DNA of 64,000 bases from a virus, in the IMG/VR virus record IMGVR_UViG_3300030329_002830, positions 10,964 through 74,963 of that record. One strand, given 5' to 3'. Below the pieces are notes generated by a model that saw only the letters and a program-made list of their open reading frames with translations, was not told the origin of the DNA and ran no database searches. Shown here in pieces: positions 1 to 9,171 of this stretch (within the stretch, counting starts at the first letter, position 1; each line of letters begins with the position of its first letter). Made by a program: the position numbers and the translations under genes.

Positions 1-1
1 C

Positions 2-919
2 AGCCGAGATGGGTACGGTTGGCTGTGTCACCGATGCGGGGCCAAGGGTGACGTGGTTGACCTCGTCGCCATCACGTCCTGTGGCAATCTCTTCAGGAAC
101 ATCGACAAGCCGCAGCAGCTATCGGTGAGGGCCTGGTTCTCTCAGCGTGGAGCATGCGAGCCACTTAATGGTCAGGAGATTGAGGCCGTTTCATTGAACG
201 CGCCTCTCCCCAAGCGAGACACCGAGCAAAAGCCGCCCAACAACGAGAGGCCACCTGAACGGCAACTCAAAGATTTGTGGGCCTCAACGCTTTCAATCGT
301 AGATGGTCTCGACTTGCCGCCAGAGTTCTCTGACCCGCTTGATGACTGGATGATTCGAAAAGAGTTTTCCCCCATCTTGTGCTCCAGACTCAACGTGGTT
401 CGTGTTCTGCCCACGCCGACACAGTTCAACTGGCCAGAGTGGTGGCCCAAGTCATGGTCCAACGACTACCGCCTGGTTGCTCCAGCTTACGAGATGGATG
501 GAACCTTTGCCAGCATCCACGCCAGGACATGCAAAGACATCAAGGGCAAGCCCAAAACGAGGTGGCCACGAGGCTGCAAGGCCGGCGGCCTGGTCATGGC
601 AAACCCCATGGCAGTAAAGATGATGAGAGGAAATCCACTCGACTTTGGCGGCGACGTACCCGGCTTATTGATTTGTGAAGGGTTTACCGACTTTCTCCGG
701 GCCGCCCTTACTGCTATGAATGAAGGACTTGTCCTTCCGATCATTGCCGGAACGCAGGGCTGCTTCAGGCAGCTTCGAGAGGTGAAGATCCCAAAAGACT
801 TGAACATATTCATCGCCACAGATCCTGATGAGAAGGGCAACGAGTATGCCCACATCATCACACAACAACTTGCACATCACCCCATATATAGGCTGCCGCT
901 GAAACAACAGGAGACCTGA
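2..919 (+). CDS. DNA primase (zf-CHC2 + TOPRIM), 5'-truncated by the window edge
   Basis: The frame is open from base 2 (WLCHRCGAKGDVVDL, end of a CHC2 finger). TOPRIM motifs ICEGFTD and IATDPDEKG. Coupled to the VapE gene. Confidence 0.8.
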   Translation, partial: SRDGYGWLCHRCGAKGDVVDLVAITSCGNLFRNIDKPQQLSVRAWFSQRGACEPLNGQEIEAVSLNAPLPKRDTEQKPPNNERPPERQLKDLWASTLSIVDGLDLPPEFSDPLDDWMIRKEFSPILCSRLNVVRVLPTPTQFNWPEWWPKSWSNDYRLVAPAYEMDGTFASIHARTCKDIKGKPKTRWPRGCKAGGLVMANPMAVKMMRGNPLDFGGDVPGLLICEGFTDFLRAALTAMNEGLVLPIIAGTQGCFRQLREVKIPKDLNIFIATDPDEKGNEYAHIITQQLAHHPIYRLPLKQQET

Positions 920-2259
920 TGCCCGACTTGGATGACACCTTACGCGGAAACCAAACGCTGAGAAACTTGCTGAAACTGTCCGTTGTGAGTGGATCCTTGA
1001 CCGGAGACAGCCCTGACGACAAAGCCTACCTTGGTGACAACGACCCCGACCCAGCCGCACTCAACAGGCTGGAGCAATACAAAGACAAGCAAGGCAATCC
1101 CACCGGCCAGGCCAAGACAAGCCGGCGCAACATCTTCTTGATTCTCTCCTACGACAAGAGGTGGAAGACCCGCATTTGGCTGAACGACTTTTCAGGCGCC
1201 CTGATGCTGGATGACCGCGAGTATGAGGACGTGGACGACACAGAGATAATGCTGTGGCTTGATCAGGTGTATCAGATGAAGGTTGGAACTGAAGCGGTCA
1301 AAGAGATGACGGCCTTTGTCGGCAACCGAAACAAGCAAAACCCCCTTCAAGACTGGCTCAATCAAAAGCACTGGGACAAAACGCCACGCATAGACGACTG
1401 GATCGTTCGCGCTACCGGCTGTGACAACACGGAACTCAACTGCGAGATTGGAAAGCGGTGGCTGATCCAAGCCATAGCAAGAGCAATGACGCCCGGCTGT
1501 AAGGCGGACTGCGTCTTGATCCTTATTGGAAAACAAGGGGCAAAGAAGAGCACTTTGCTTAGGACGCTGGCGTCCACCGAGTTCTTTGCGGACACCCCCA
1601 TCGACATTGGCTCACCCAACGCCTACACGCAGATTCGGCGCGCTTGGATCTATGAGGTGGCTGAGCTTGATTCCGTGCGACGGTCAGCCAACTCGGCAAC
1701 CAAGGCTTTCTTGAGCGCTCAAGAGGATGTCTACCGCCCAGCCTATGGTCGACATGCAGTCACCGTAAAGCGTCATGTTTGCTTTGCAGGGACAACCAAT
1801 GAAGCCCAGTTCATTAGCGACCAAACCGGGTCGCGCCGGTACTGGCCAATCAAGGTGGGCCAGATTGACCTTGAGTGGGTGGCACAGCACAGAGACCAAC
1901 TGTGGGCCGAAGCGATTGTAGAGTTCAATGCTGGTGAGCGGTGGTGGCTTGAGAACGAGGTCTCTGAATCCCTATCGGAAGAAAGCGAGCAGTACCGACA
2001 CGTTGACCCATGGATGGAGCGCATCTCCGATTGGTTGATTGGCAACGCAGGATCGCTCACAACCAGGAACATTTTGGAAAATGGCCTGAAACTTGAGTCC
2101 AATCAGATGACCAGAAGTGCAGAGATGCGCATCGGTGAGGTGATGCGCGACCTTGGCTACGAACGTAAGCGGTGCCGTAAAGGCGGGAGACGTGTGTATG
2201 AGTGGTTGAAGAAAGACAGAGTGATTGAAATCCCCTTCAGTGAAACTAACGATTGGTAA
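919..2259 (+). CDS. VapE/VirE-family P-loop helicase
   Basis: PGCKADCVLILIGKQGAKKST (Walker A), WIYEVAELD (Walker B), YRPAYGR, FAGTTN, DQTGSRRYWPI. Confidence 0.9.
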   Translation: MPDLDDTLRGNQTLRNLLKLSVVSGSLTGDSPDDKAYLGDNDPDPAALNRLEQYKDKQGNPTGQAKTSRRNIFLILSYDKRWKTRIWLNDFSGALMLDDREYEDVDDTEIMLWLDQVYQMKVGTEAVKEMTAFVGNRNKQNPLQDWLNQKHWDKTPRIDDWIVRATGCDNTELNCEIGKRWLIQAIARAMTPGCKADCVLILIGKQGAKKSTLLRTLASTEFFADTPIDIGSPNAYTQIRRAWIYEVAELDSVRRSANSATKAFLSAQEDVYRPAYGRHAVTVKRHVCFAGTTNEAQFISDQTGSRRYWPIKVGQIDLEWVAQHRDQLWAEAIVEFNAGERWWLENEVSESLSEESEQYRHVDPWMERISDWLIGNAGSLTTRNILENGLKLESNQMTRSAEMRIGEVMRDLGYERKRCRKGGRRVYEWLKKDRVIEIPFSETNDW

Positions 2260-2263
2260 TGAA

Positions 2264-3637
2264 ATGAATGACAACATTTGTGTGATTGGTGGCGCTAAGT
2301 TTTTACCACCAAACAGCCCGGCAGCAGACCAGATTCGAAACAAGCTCAAGCTCCCAAACCCCGCATACAAGCAGGCCCAAGCTCTTCGCGGTAGAGGCAA
2401 GTGGGTAAACGTGCCCGACGCACACATCAACGGCTGCCAGGAGATTCCGCCAGAGCACCCATGGGGCGGCGGATTGTCTGTTCCAAGGTGTGTCGACTTG
2501 TCTGACTATGGCCTGGAAATGCGAGACATGAGGGGCACGCCAGACGCCAAGCCCGTCAAGCTGCGCTCAAGCATCAGCCTTCGGGACTACCAAAAGGACG
2601 CAATCCATGCGTGGTCGATGGCTGGAGGAGAGGGAGTCATCGTTGCACCTTGTGGCGCTGGCAAGACCGTGATGGGCCTGGCCGCCGCAACCAGGGTCGA
2701 CACAAAGACCCTTGTGCTGGTCCACACCCGCGACCTTGCGTCTCAGTGGCTTGATAGGTGCCGGCAGATTCTCGGCGTAACAGCGACCCTTTATGGTGGC
2801 GGGAAGAAGGACGACTCAGGCCGCATCGTTATCGCCACCTTCCAGACGTTGGAAAGAATGCGCTGGTCTGAGCGTTATCAATGGGCCAAGCAGTTTGGAC
2901 TGTGCATTGTGGATGAGGCGCATCATGTTCCTGCCAGCACGTTTTGCTCAGTCATGGTCACCATTCCAGCCAGGTACCGGCTCGGTTTAACGGCAACGCC
3001 GGATCGACCGGACGGCCTGACAGATCTTCTGCATTGGCACGTTGGTGAGACGGTCTACGCCATCGACACAAAAATGCTCGCCGTTGATGGCCAGGTCATT
3101 GCCCCACGAATCGAATGGCTCAACACGGGGTGGGAGCCGAAGAAGAAGGGGCAGGAGTGGCCCAAGCTCATCACTGACATGACAACCGACATAGACAGGA
3201 ACGTCAAGATTGTCTCTCGTGTTCTCGCCGCTGTAGATGAAGGGCGACAAGTGCTGGTTCTTTCTGACCGCGTTGACCACTGCGCCTTTCTTGCAGAACA
3301 ACTATCAGAATACAGCCTAAAGGCCGTGGCATTCGTTGGAAGTGTGTCCAAGAAGAAAAGAGAGCGAATCTTAGAACAAGCCAACAAGAGAGAAATCGAT
3401 GTCATTTGCGCCACTACAGTGGCTGATGAGGGCCTTGACCTTCCCGGCCTGGACACCGTGATGCTGACAACGCCATCAAAGGCGTTAAATCGTGTTCAAC
3501 AAAGGATTGGTCGAGTGATGCGACCGCACCCCGATAAGAAAGAACCGATTGTTGTTGACCTTGTTGACGAGCCAGGTTCCCTTAGGGGCATCGCACGAAA
3601 GCGACTGCGGTTGTATACTCAGCTTGGATGTAGGTAG
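2264..3637 (+). CDS. Superfamily 2 DEAD/DEAH-box helicase
   Basis: LRDYQ, APCGAGKT, DEAHH, GLTATPDRPDG, EGLDLP, QRIGRVMR. Confidence 0.92.
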   Translation: MNDNICVIGGAKFLPPNSPAADQIRNKLKLPNPAYKQAQALRGRGKWVNVPDAHINGCQEIPPEHPWGGGLSVPRCVDLSDYGLEMRDMRGTPDAKPVKLRSSISLRDYQKDAIHAWSMAGGEGVIVAPCGAGKTVMGLAAATRVDTKTLVLVHTRDLASQWLDRCRQILGVTATLYGGGKKDDSGRIVIATFQTLERMRWSERYQWAKQFGLCIVDEAHHVPASTFCSVMVTIPARYRLGLTATPDRPDGLTDLLHWHVGETVYAIDTKMLAVDGQVIAPRIEWLNTGWEPKKKGQEWPKLITDMTTDIDRNVKIVSRVLAAVDEGRQVLVLSDRVDHCAFLAEQLSEYSLKAVAFVGSVSKKKRERILEQANKREIDVICATTVADEGLDLPGLDTVMLTTPSKALNRVQQRIGRVMRPHPDKKEPIVVDLVDEPGSLRGIARKRLRLYTQLGCR

Positions 3638-3641
3638 CCTC

Positions 3642-3851
3642 ATGGGTGAAATCTTCGAAATGCTTCCAGTCGGATGGTCCATCACTCCAACGAAGGATGG
3701 GTGGACGGTCTGCGATGAAGACGACGACTTTGTTGCAAAGGGATTGGACACAGACGAACTGAAGCGCATGCTCGATATTGAGTTTGCGCTTCAGCAGGTC
3801 TTTGTCGCAATGCAGATGGTTCAGGGCCAGCAAACGATTGCTGAAGCCTGA
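3642..3851 (+). CDS. Hypothetical protein
   Basis: Short acidic ORF directly after the helicase, converging on the next gene. Confidence 0.55.
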   Translation: MGEIFEMLPVGWSITPTKDGWTVCDEDDDFVAKGLDTDELKRMLDIEFALQQVFVAMQMVQGQQTIAEA

Positions 3852-3853
3852 GC

Positions 3854-4120
3854 TTACTTCTTCTTTGCGGCGGTCTTCTTCTTGGCAGGAGCCTTCTTGG
3901 CAGGAGCCTTCTTGGCAGGAGCCTTCTTGGCAGGAGCCTTCTTGGCAGGAGCCTTCTTGGGGGCAGGCTTGGCAGCGGCAGCGGCAGCGGCAGCGGCAGC
4001 ATTGGCAGCATTCATTGCATCAATGTGCATAAACAGCTTCTTAATGATGCCCTGAGTGTCCGGCGTCTTACTTTGAAGAGACCTCTTGAGATTGCGAAGA
4101 TCGGTGTCAGAAAGCAGCAT
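3854..4120 (-). CDS. Histone H1-like protein (PAKKA repeats)
   Basis: AGGAGG RBS; poly-Ala linker followed by repeated KKAPA. Confidence 0.75.
   Translation of the reverse strand: MLLSDTDLRNLKRSLQSKTPDTQGIIKKLFMHIDAMNAANAAAAAAAAAAKPAPKKAPAKKAPAKKAPAKKAPAKKAPAKKKTAAKKK
3878..4000. repeat. Tandem repeats: 15 bp CTTCTTGGCAGGAGC x5 plus a partial copy, and 6 bp GGCAGC x5
   Basis: Seen directly at 3878-3960 and 3971-4000; both are coding. Confidence 0.95.
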
Positions 4121-4373
4121 TGTTCCTCCTTATTTGATAATGCTTGCGCTTGAATAGACCAGGCCAATCACGGACCTTAACTTTGCTTCCAGTTGCATCT
4201 TCAACAGCAATCGCAAGCGCAAGAGAAGGCACAGACCGACCACTCTCCAGGTCCCTTAAATAAGGAACTGAAATGTTGAGTCGCCTTTGGCTTAGGTAGT
4301 CGTTGATCCATCTACAAAACGCAACACGAGTGTTTTTGCCGGGAAGGCTTTCTCGATAGTCTCTGATGTTCAT
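4107..4373 (-). CDS. Cro/XRE-like HTH regulator
   Basis: [37 protein letters not shown] is a Cro/YdaS-like pattern; divergent from the recombinase operon. Confidence 0.75.
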   Translation of the reverse strand: MNIRDYRESLPGKNTRVAFCRWINDYLSQRRLNISVPYLRDLESGRSVPSLALAIAVEDATGSKVKVRDWPGLFKRKHYQIRRNNAAF

Positions 4374-4405
4374 AACAACACCCCTGCAACATTAAATACA
4401 ATATC

Positions 4406-4420
4406 GGACAAAACTTGTCC
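4406..4420. promoter_or_regulatory. Palindromic operator-like site GGACAA-AAC-TTGTCC
   Basis: Perfect 6-bp inverted repeat in the divergent intergenic region; 13/15 copy at 63447-63461. Confidence 0.55.
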
Positions 4421-4437
4421 AACTCGCAGTGATGCTA

Positions 4438-4466
4438 TTGACATCACTTCTCGGCAAGAGTAGCTT
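4438..4466 (+). promoter_or_regulatory. Sigma70-type promoter TTGACA-17-TAGCTT
   Basis: Consensus -35 and 17-bp spacer upstream of the YqaJ gene. Confidence 0.7.
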
Positions 4467-4485
4467 CGTTCGGTGGGGATTGAAC

Positions 4486-5406
4486 ATGATTGAAAACGGG
4501 CACGCACCAACCATCGGAAGCAGCAGCATAGCAGCCATACTTGGCCTCTCCCCGTGGGCTGGGCCATGGGATGTGTGGGCTCGACTGATGGGCCTCGCGC
4601 AATCTACATCCACCAGAGCAACGCTTCGCGGCCACATTCTTGAGCCAGCGATTGCGAACTACTACGGCGATCAGATCGGGTGCGAACTGACCCCCGGCCC
4701 TGAGTATGAAGAAGAGCCGATCATTGGGCCAGAGCCTTGGATGCACGCACGGCCTGACCGTTTTGCCAAGAAAGATGGACAAGAGTGGCTGGTTGAAATC
4801 AAATCCACAAGGACGTTCAAGGATGGCTGGGGTGAGCCTGGGACGCCTGATGTTCCCCAATACTATGCAGCCCAGTGCCTTTGGCAGATGGCCGTGACCG
4901 GCCACGAGCGGACTGACCTCGCTGCATTTGCTACCATTTCAGACGAGTACCGCGTCTTTACGCTCCATCGAGACAGAGATCTTGAGGATAGAATCGTCGG
5001 CTATGCGCGCAACTGGTACGAGAAGTACATCATCTCCATGACCCCGCCCGACGTAGACAACTCGAAGGGATGCTCTATAAATCTTGGCAGACACTTCAAA
5101 CAAAAGTCCGACGACTTTGTTGAGGCGACCGAGCAAGACGAAGCCTTAGCCAAAGACTTGTTTGATGTTCGGCGCAGGATCAGTGAGCTTGAAGCAGACA
5201 AGAGGATGAAGGAAAACCTACTCAAAGAAAGAGTCGCCGAAAGCAGGGGCGTTGCCGGGGTATGTACTTGGTCCGAAACCAAACCCCGCGTCACTGTCGA
5301 CTCCAAAAAACTGAAGGAAGAGCACCCCGAAATCTACGAAAAGTATTCGAAGACCGGGCAGGCAAGCCGCCAGTTTCGATTTATCTACCAACCAAAGGAA
5401 CAGTAA
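4486..5406 (+). CDS. YqaJ/lambda-exonuclease-family recombination nuclease
   Basis: IGSSSIAAILGLSPW, GHILEP, WMHARPD, VEIKS, VPQYYAAQCLWQMAVTG. Confidence 0.92.
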   Translation: MIENGHAPTIGSSSIAAILGLSPWAGPWDVWARLMGLAQSTSTRATLRGHILEPAIANYYGDQIGCELTPGPEYEEEPIIGPEPWMHARPDRFAKKDGQEWLVEIKSTRTFKDGWGEPGTPDVPQYYAAQCLWQMAVTGHERTDLAAFATISDEYRVFTLHRDRDLEDRIVGYARNWYEKYIISMTPPDVDNSKGCSINLGRHFKQKSDDFVEATEQDEALAKDLFDVRRRISELEADKRMKENLLKERVAESRGVAGVCTWSETKPRVTVDSKKLKEEHPEIYEKYSKTGQASRQFRFIYQPKEQ

Positions 5407-6264
5407 ATGGCATCAGCGAACGTACCAGCACTACGGTTTCGATCCATTGTCGAAGACAAGGCATCGGAGTTTTTGAGCACAACACTTGGCACATCCTCGG
5501 GCCAAGAGGCAGCAGGAAAGGTGGCGCTTGCCTTCAGGTCGGCAGCCCAAGCTAACGACAAGCTGTACTCCTGCGACCCAGCTTCAGTAGCCCAGGCGAT
5601 TGCAATGTCAGCCATGACCGGATTGATGCCTGGCGGGCCTTTGCCGGACGTGTACCTGCTTCCAAGGGGAAACCAGTTGCAGTGGTTTGTGTCCCACCGT
5701 GGATACCTCAAGCTGATGTCGAGAACGGGCACCCGCATTCGCGCTCGATTCGTGCTTGAGGGTGAGCGGTTCGAGGTTGCTGAAGGGCTGAACCCAGACA
5801 TCATTCACGTTCCAGACCTTGAGCTTGAGCCAACCTGGGACAACCTCAAGGCCGTGTATGTAGTCGCGCACTACCCTGACGGGAACAGTGATTTCGTTGT
5901 CGTCCGCAAGAAGGACATCGAGAAGCGCCGAAACAACTCCGACGCCTGGAAGCGCAACAGCAAAAAGTCTCCATGGGGTCAGTGGCCTGTAGAGATGGCG
6001 CTGAAAACCGGTATTCGATACGCTATTTCTCGCGGTCTCGTGTACTTGGATGAGCAAAGCTCTCAAGCATTCGAGCAGGATGGAATACAGGACGCTCCAT
6101 CAGCATCAGCAATGAATGTTAATATGGATAAAGGGCCATCAACTGGGATGGATGCACTTAACAACTCGGTAAAAGAACTTACCGACTCAACACTCGATAC
6201 AGCAGACACTTCGTCCTTGATTGACGCAGTCGACGTTGCACCAACACAAACAGCAGGCATTTAG
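5407..6264 (+). CDS. recT: RecT-family ssDNA annealing recombinase
   Basis: CDPASV..GLMP, YLLP, SHRGYLKL, SPWGQWPVEMALKT; paired with YqaJ. Confidence 0.88.
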   Translation: MASANVPALRFRSIVEDKASEFLSTTLGTSSGQEAAGKVALAFRSAAQANDKLYSCDPASVAQAIAMSAMTGLMPGGPLPDVYLLPRGNQLQWFVSHRGYLKLMSRTGTRIRARFVLEGERFEVAEGLNPDIIHVPDLELEPTWDNLKAVYVVAHYPDGNSDFVVVRKKDIEKRRNNSDAWKRNSKKSPWGQWPVEMALKTGIRYAISRGLVYLDEQSSQAFEQDGIQDAPSASAMNVNMDKGPSTGMDALNNSVKELTDSTLDTADTSSLIDAVDVAPTQTAGI

Positions 6265-6273
6265 GAGATAGCA

Positions 6274-6903
6274 ATGGGACTTATTGATCAGGCACAGGAA
6301 CGGAAGAGCCCTTTCGAAAGCCGATCCGTGCAGGCTGCGGATGATGGCACGTCGAAGATTATGCAATCAAACGTGTTGCTTGAGGTTGCAAACCAAGTGC
6401 TAAGCCTCAACTCGTTGCCAGCCAAGGCAAAGAAGCGGTGCGCAAGTTTTAGAACAAAGCTTGGTGACTCAAGCTGGCGATTGACCGAGCTTCTTGGTCA
6501 GGTCGATAAATCAATTTGGTCGAACATGGTGGGACGAACAATCGAGGGCCACGAAAAGACCATCATTCATAGCCAGCCAAACGGTACGTGGAAGATTTGT
6601 GACTACGAAGTCGACATTCGCCGCGACAAGGCCAACGATGAGCGACTGTTCCTTGCCACTCAATGGGTCGACATCGACGACCAGCCCGAGCTTCAGTACC
6701 AGAATGGTGCTCCTGCCGTGAACGTCAACATCAAGTCACCAGAGCTTCCCAAGGAAGTGCTTGCAGCGCTTGGGAATAAGGGCGGAAACGATGAGGAACT
6801 CAAGGGCCTGCTCAAGGATCTGATTGGAGCCATGGCTGCACAAAACCAGCCCAAGCCAGCATCGGAGCCCCTGCCGCCCTCGTTTGATGAAGCATCTGAG
6901 TAG
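6274..6903 (+). CDS. Hypothetical protein
   Basis: GGAG RBS, 209 aa, in operon. Confidence 0.75.
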   Translation: MGLIDQAQERKSPFESRSVQAADDGTSKIMQSNVLLEVANQVLSLNSLPAKAKKRCASFRTKLGDSSWRLTELLGQVDKSIWSNMVGRTIEGHEKTIIHSQPNGTWKICDYEVDIRRDKANDERLFLATQWVDIDDQPELQYQNGAPAVNVNIKSPELPKEVLAALGNKGGNDEELKGLLKDLIGAMAAQNQPKPASEPLPPSFDEASE

Positions 6904-6979
6904 TGGGGTGTAGCGCAACTGGCAGCGCATCCGGTTGTTACCCGGAAGGTTGTTGGTTCGAGTCCAACCGCCCCAGCCA
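6904..6979 (+). tRNA. tRNA-Asn(GUU)
   Basis: 76-nt cloverleaf: acceptor TGGGGTG/CGCCCCA, D stem GCGC, anticodon arm TCCGG-TTGTTAC-CCGGA, T loop TTCGAGT, discriminator G73, encoded CCA. Confidence 0.95.
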
Positions 6980-6999
6980 TACACTCGTTTGCAATAGCT

Positions 7000-7134
7000 A
7001 TGAGTAAGATCATCAAAATGTACCGGCGGTGCTGCATTGACTGCGGGTACATTTGGTTCGGCATGATTGATTGCCCTGAATGTGAAGGGGTCGGTGAGCC
7101 TATTGATATTGAGGGGCAAGATGCCGCTGTATGA
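7000..7134 (+). CDS. 44-aa zinc-ribbon protein (not in the ORF track)
   Basis: MSKIIKMYRRCCIDCGYIWFGMIDCPECEG..., two CxxC motifs. Confidence 0.6.
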   Translation: MSKIIKMYRRCCIDCGYIWFGMIDCPECEGVGEPIDIEGQDAAV

Positions 7135-7321
7135 GTACGAGTGTGATGCATGCGGGAAAAGAGAAGAGCGCCTGCAAAAACACGGCGACCCGGCCCCATT
7201 CTGCCAACAATGCTCACAGGACATGAAGAAGAGAATCAGCGTTGGCTCGTTTGCCCTCAAAGGAGAGGGCTGGGCCAAGGATAACTACGGGCTCAAAAAA
7301 ACAACAGTGAAGGAGAAATGA
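7121..7321 (+). CDS. FmdB-family (CxxC_CxxC_SSSS) zinc-ribbon protein
   Basis: MPLYEYECDACG...CQQC...SFALKGEGWAKDNYG. Confidence 0.88.
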   Translation: MPLYEYECDACGKREERLQKHGDPAPFCQQCSQDMKKRISVGSFALKGEGWAKDNYGLKKTTVKEK

Positions 7322-7560
7322 CGGTGGGACTTCAGCCTTTAGGACGACCATGGATTGTTTTGAACTATGCGGTGAGTGAGCCAGACGAGTGGACATGCAG
7401 GGCCATCGCTGAAGACATTGGGGATAGCCCTAAGAAGGTCGGGATGACCGTGCGGTCTCTTCGGCAGAGAGGGTTCGTAGTCAAGGGCAAGAAGGTTGGA
7501 AGGGCCCACGCCCTGTTCCCGACACCGGAGGGCGTTGAGGCCCTGTACTCAGCGATCTAA
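7318..7560 (+). CDS. Winged-helix DNA-binding protein
   Basis: WTCRAIAEDIG..V..LRQRGFV...PTPEG, MarR-like pattern; ATGA overlap with the previous gene. Confidence 0.7.
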   Translation: MTVGLQPLGRPWIVLNYAVSEPDEWTCRAIAEDIGDSPKKVGMTVRSLRQRGFVVKGKKVGRAHALFPTPEGVEALYSAI

Positions 7561-7659
7561 TCTCCCCAGCCCCCCGCTCATTGCCGGTCACTCGTGGTGA
7601 GTGTACACAAGTGGAGGAGCCGGTCCCGCCGGGCGGGGGGTGTGGGGCATGGAGGAAGA

Positions 7660-7827
7660 ATGAAACTGCACTGGACCGCAGGAAGCGAAATGCAGCGCGA
7701 CCCTACTGGGTTCATCTTGTTTAGAACTTCATGCAGGCGATGGGTGACGCTAAATCGAACAACGGTTCCAACCGGGGTTACCTGCAAGCAATGCCGCCGA
7801 TATTTAGACAAGCTCATTGCAGGCTAA
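7660..7827 (+). CDS. Small His/Cys zinc-binding protein
   Basis: GGAGG RBS; H...C...VTCKQC. Confidence 0.55.
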   Translation: MKLHWTAGSEMQRDPTGFILFRTSCRRWVTLNRTTVPTGVTCKQCRRYLDKLIAG

Positions 7828-7923
7828 TCAGGTTACACCGGGCTTGGTGGTCATTTTACGTGCCTGTTTTCTGGCCACTGTTTCAACACACAAGCCCAAT
7901 AGGGCTTTGTGCGCTGAGGTGAT

Positions 7924-7958
7924 AAGCCCGTCGGTGGATAGGCCACTGGCGGGTTTTT
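7924..7958 (+). terminator. Intrinsic terminator
   Basis: AAGCCCGTCGGTGG-ATAGG-CCACTGGCGGGTTTTT hairpin with a U tract. Confidence 0.65.
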
Positions 7959-8027
7959 CAAGATAAACGAATCCGCAGATTTGAACCCCGTTCCGGTGTC
8001 GCGGCCAGGACGGGGTTATTCTTTGGT

Positions 8028-8327
8028 ATGGCACGATGCGGACGATGCGGGCTCTGGGCTAAGTACCCACCCAACTGGAAGGAACAAAAGTACGCTGGCG
8101 TGTGCATGTGGTATCGCTTTCGCCTCCCTGAAGATCAGGTGTACGAGAAGCGGAAGTGCCCTGAGTTCTTTGAGGCAATGCCTCAGTGGAATCAACAGCA
8201 ACACTGGAACTACGCGACCCGACACGATGACCTGGGGCGCAGTTGGCATGCCAGTAGACGAGCCTTGACCTTCTCGCTGTTCTCACTGGTATTGTCCGCC
8301 GCCGGGCTTGCGTTCAAGTTTCTCTAA
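8028..8327 (+). CDS. Cys-containing protein with C-terminal TM helix
   Basis: CGRC...C...C pattern and a hydrophobic C-terminus. Confidence 0.6.
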   Translation: MARCGRCGLWAKYPPNWKEQKYAGVCMWYRFRLPEDQVYEKRKCPEFFEAMPQWNQQQHWNYATRHDDLGRSWHASRRALTFSLFSLVLSAAGLAFKFL

Positions 8328-8599
8328 GAGTCTTTGTTCTCAATCATCTTAGCAATGTCTTTCTTGAGTTGGTCCTGCCTCTTCGACTCAATAATGACAT
8401 CGAGCTTGGCGTTGTTTGCCGAAAGCTGCTCAGCAATCTCAGATGCTACTGACTCGCTCTTGGCCATGACCCGGTCAAGGCGCTTCTGAGCAAACCAGTT
8501 GGTAGCAATCAAGTAGATAGCGAAGATGCCCATCGCCCCGTACTCCAGCAGTGCGGTGACTACACTGCTGGTGGTATCGGATACGACCTCGCCTTCCAT
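8324..8599 (-). CDS. Holin-like membrane protein (BhlA/UviB-like architecture)
   Basis: LLEYGAMGIFAIYL TM segment followed by a coiled coil; next to the endolysin. Confidence 0.6.
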   Translation of the reverse strand: MEGEVVSDTTSSVVTALLEYGAMGIFAIYLIATNWFAQKRLDRVMAKSESVASEIAEQLSANNAKLDVIIESKRQDQLKKDIAKMIENKDS

Positions 8600-9171
8600 T
8601 AGAGTTCCGGTTCATCGATGAGAGTATATGTAAACGTGTCGCCCCAAAGGCTCTTCGCGGCCATGCAAATAGACATGAACTCTTCAAAGTCCTTCTCGTT
8701 GGCGAAGACTTGGCATCCAGCAGACCACTTGTTGATTTCAGTGGACTCTTTACCAGCCTTATGAATGTTGATGCCGTAGTAGCCTTCAGTGATGGACTCA
8801 GGATCACGGTCAAGAATCTCATCCTTATTGCCATCACGGTAAACCTTTACACGCCCTCCACGTTGAGTGAGGGCTGTGTACGTCCGATGTGTGCCAATCT
8901 TGTAGACGCCACGATACTGTCCGGGCACCAAAATGGCTGTACCTTCTACCCGCATAGGGTGGTCGAGCCAGTATTGTCCTGGGTCACAAGTCGCCTCCCA
9001 GGTCCGGGTGATCCACCCCATCTCATCCCTAAAAACGACACAAATCCGGTCATCAAACTTATTGGGTTCGTGCGTCTTGCTTCGGATGCCAATGATGTTC
9101 AGGTTGTACTGGCCTTTCTCAAAAACCGCGTGGCCAAGGGACTCGACGTAGTCCAACAGAAAAGGTCTCAT
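8599..9171 (-). CDS. Putative endolysin, YkuD/L,D-transpeptidase-like Cys peptidase
   Basis: GINIHKAG...WSAGCQVF (H-x12-S-x-G-C); flanked by membrane-protein genes. Confidence 0.7.
   Translation of the reverse strand: MRPFLLDYVESLGHAVFEKGQYNLNIIGIRSKTHEPNKFDDRICVVFRDEMGWITRTWEATCDPGQYWLDHPMRVEGTAILVPGQYRGVYKIGTHRTYTALTQRGGRVKVYRDGNKDEILDRDPESITEGYYGINIHKAGKESTEINKWSAGCQVFANEKDFEEFMSICMAAKSLWGDTFTYTLIDEPEL

Noticed and set aside
7580-7632. Twister ribozyme (GCCGGUCCC and AGUGGAGG words)
   Set aside because: The elements are in the wrong order and I could not build both pseudoknots.
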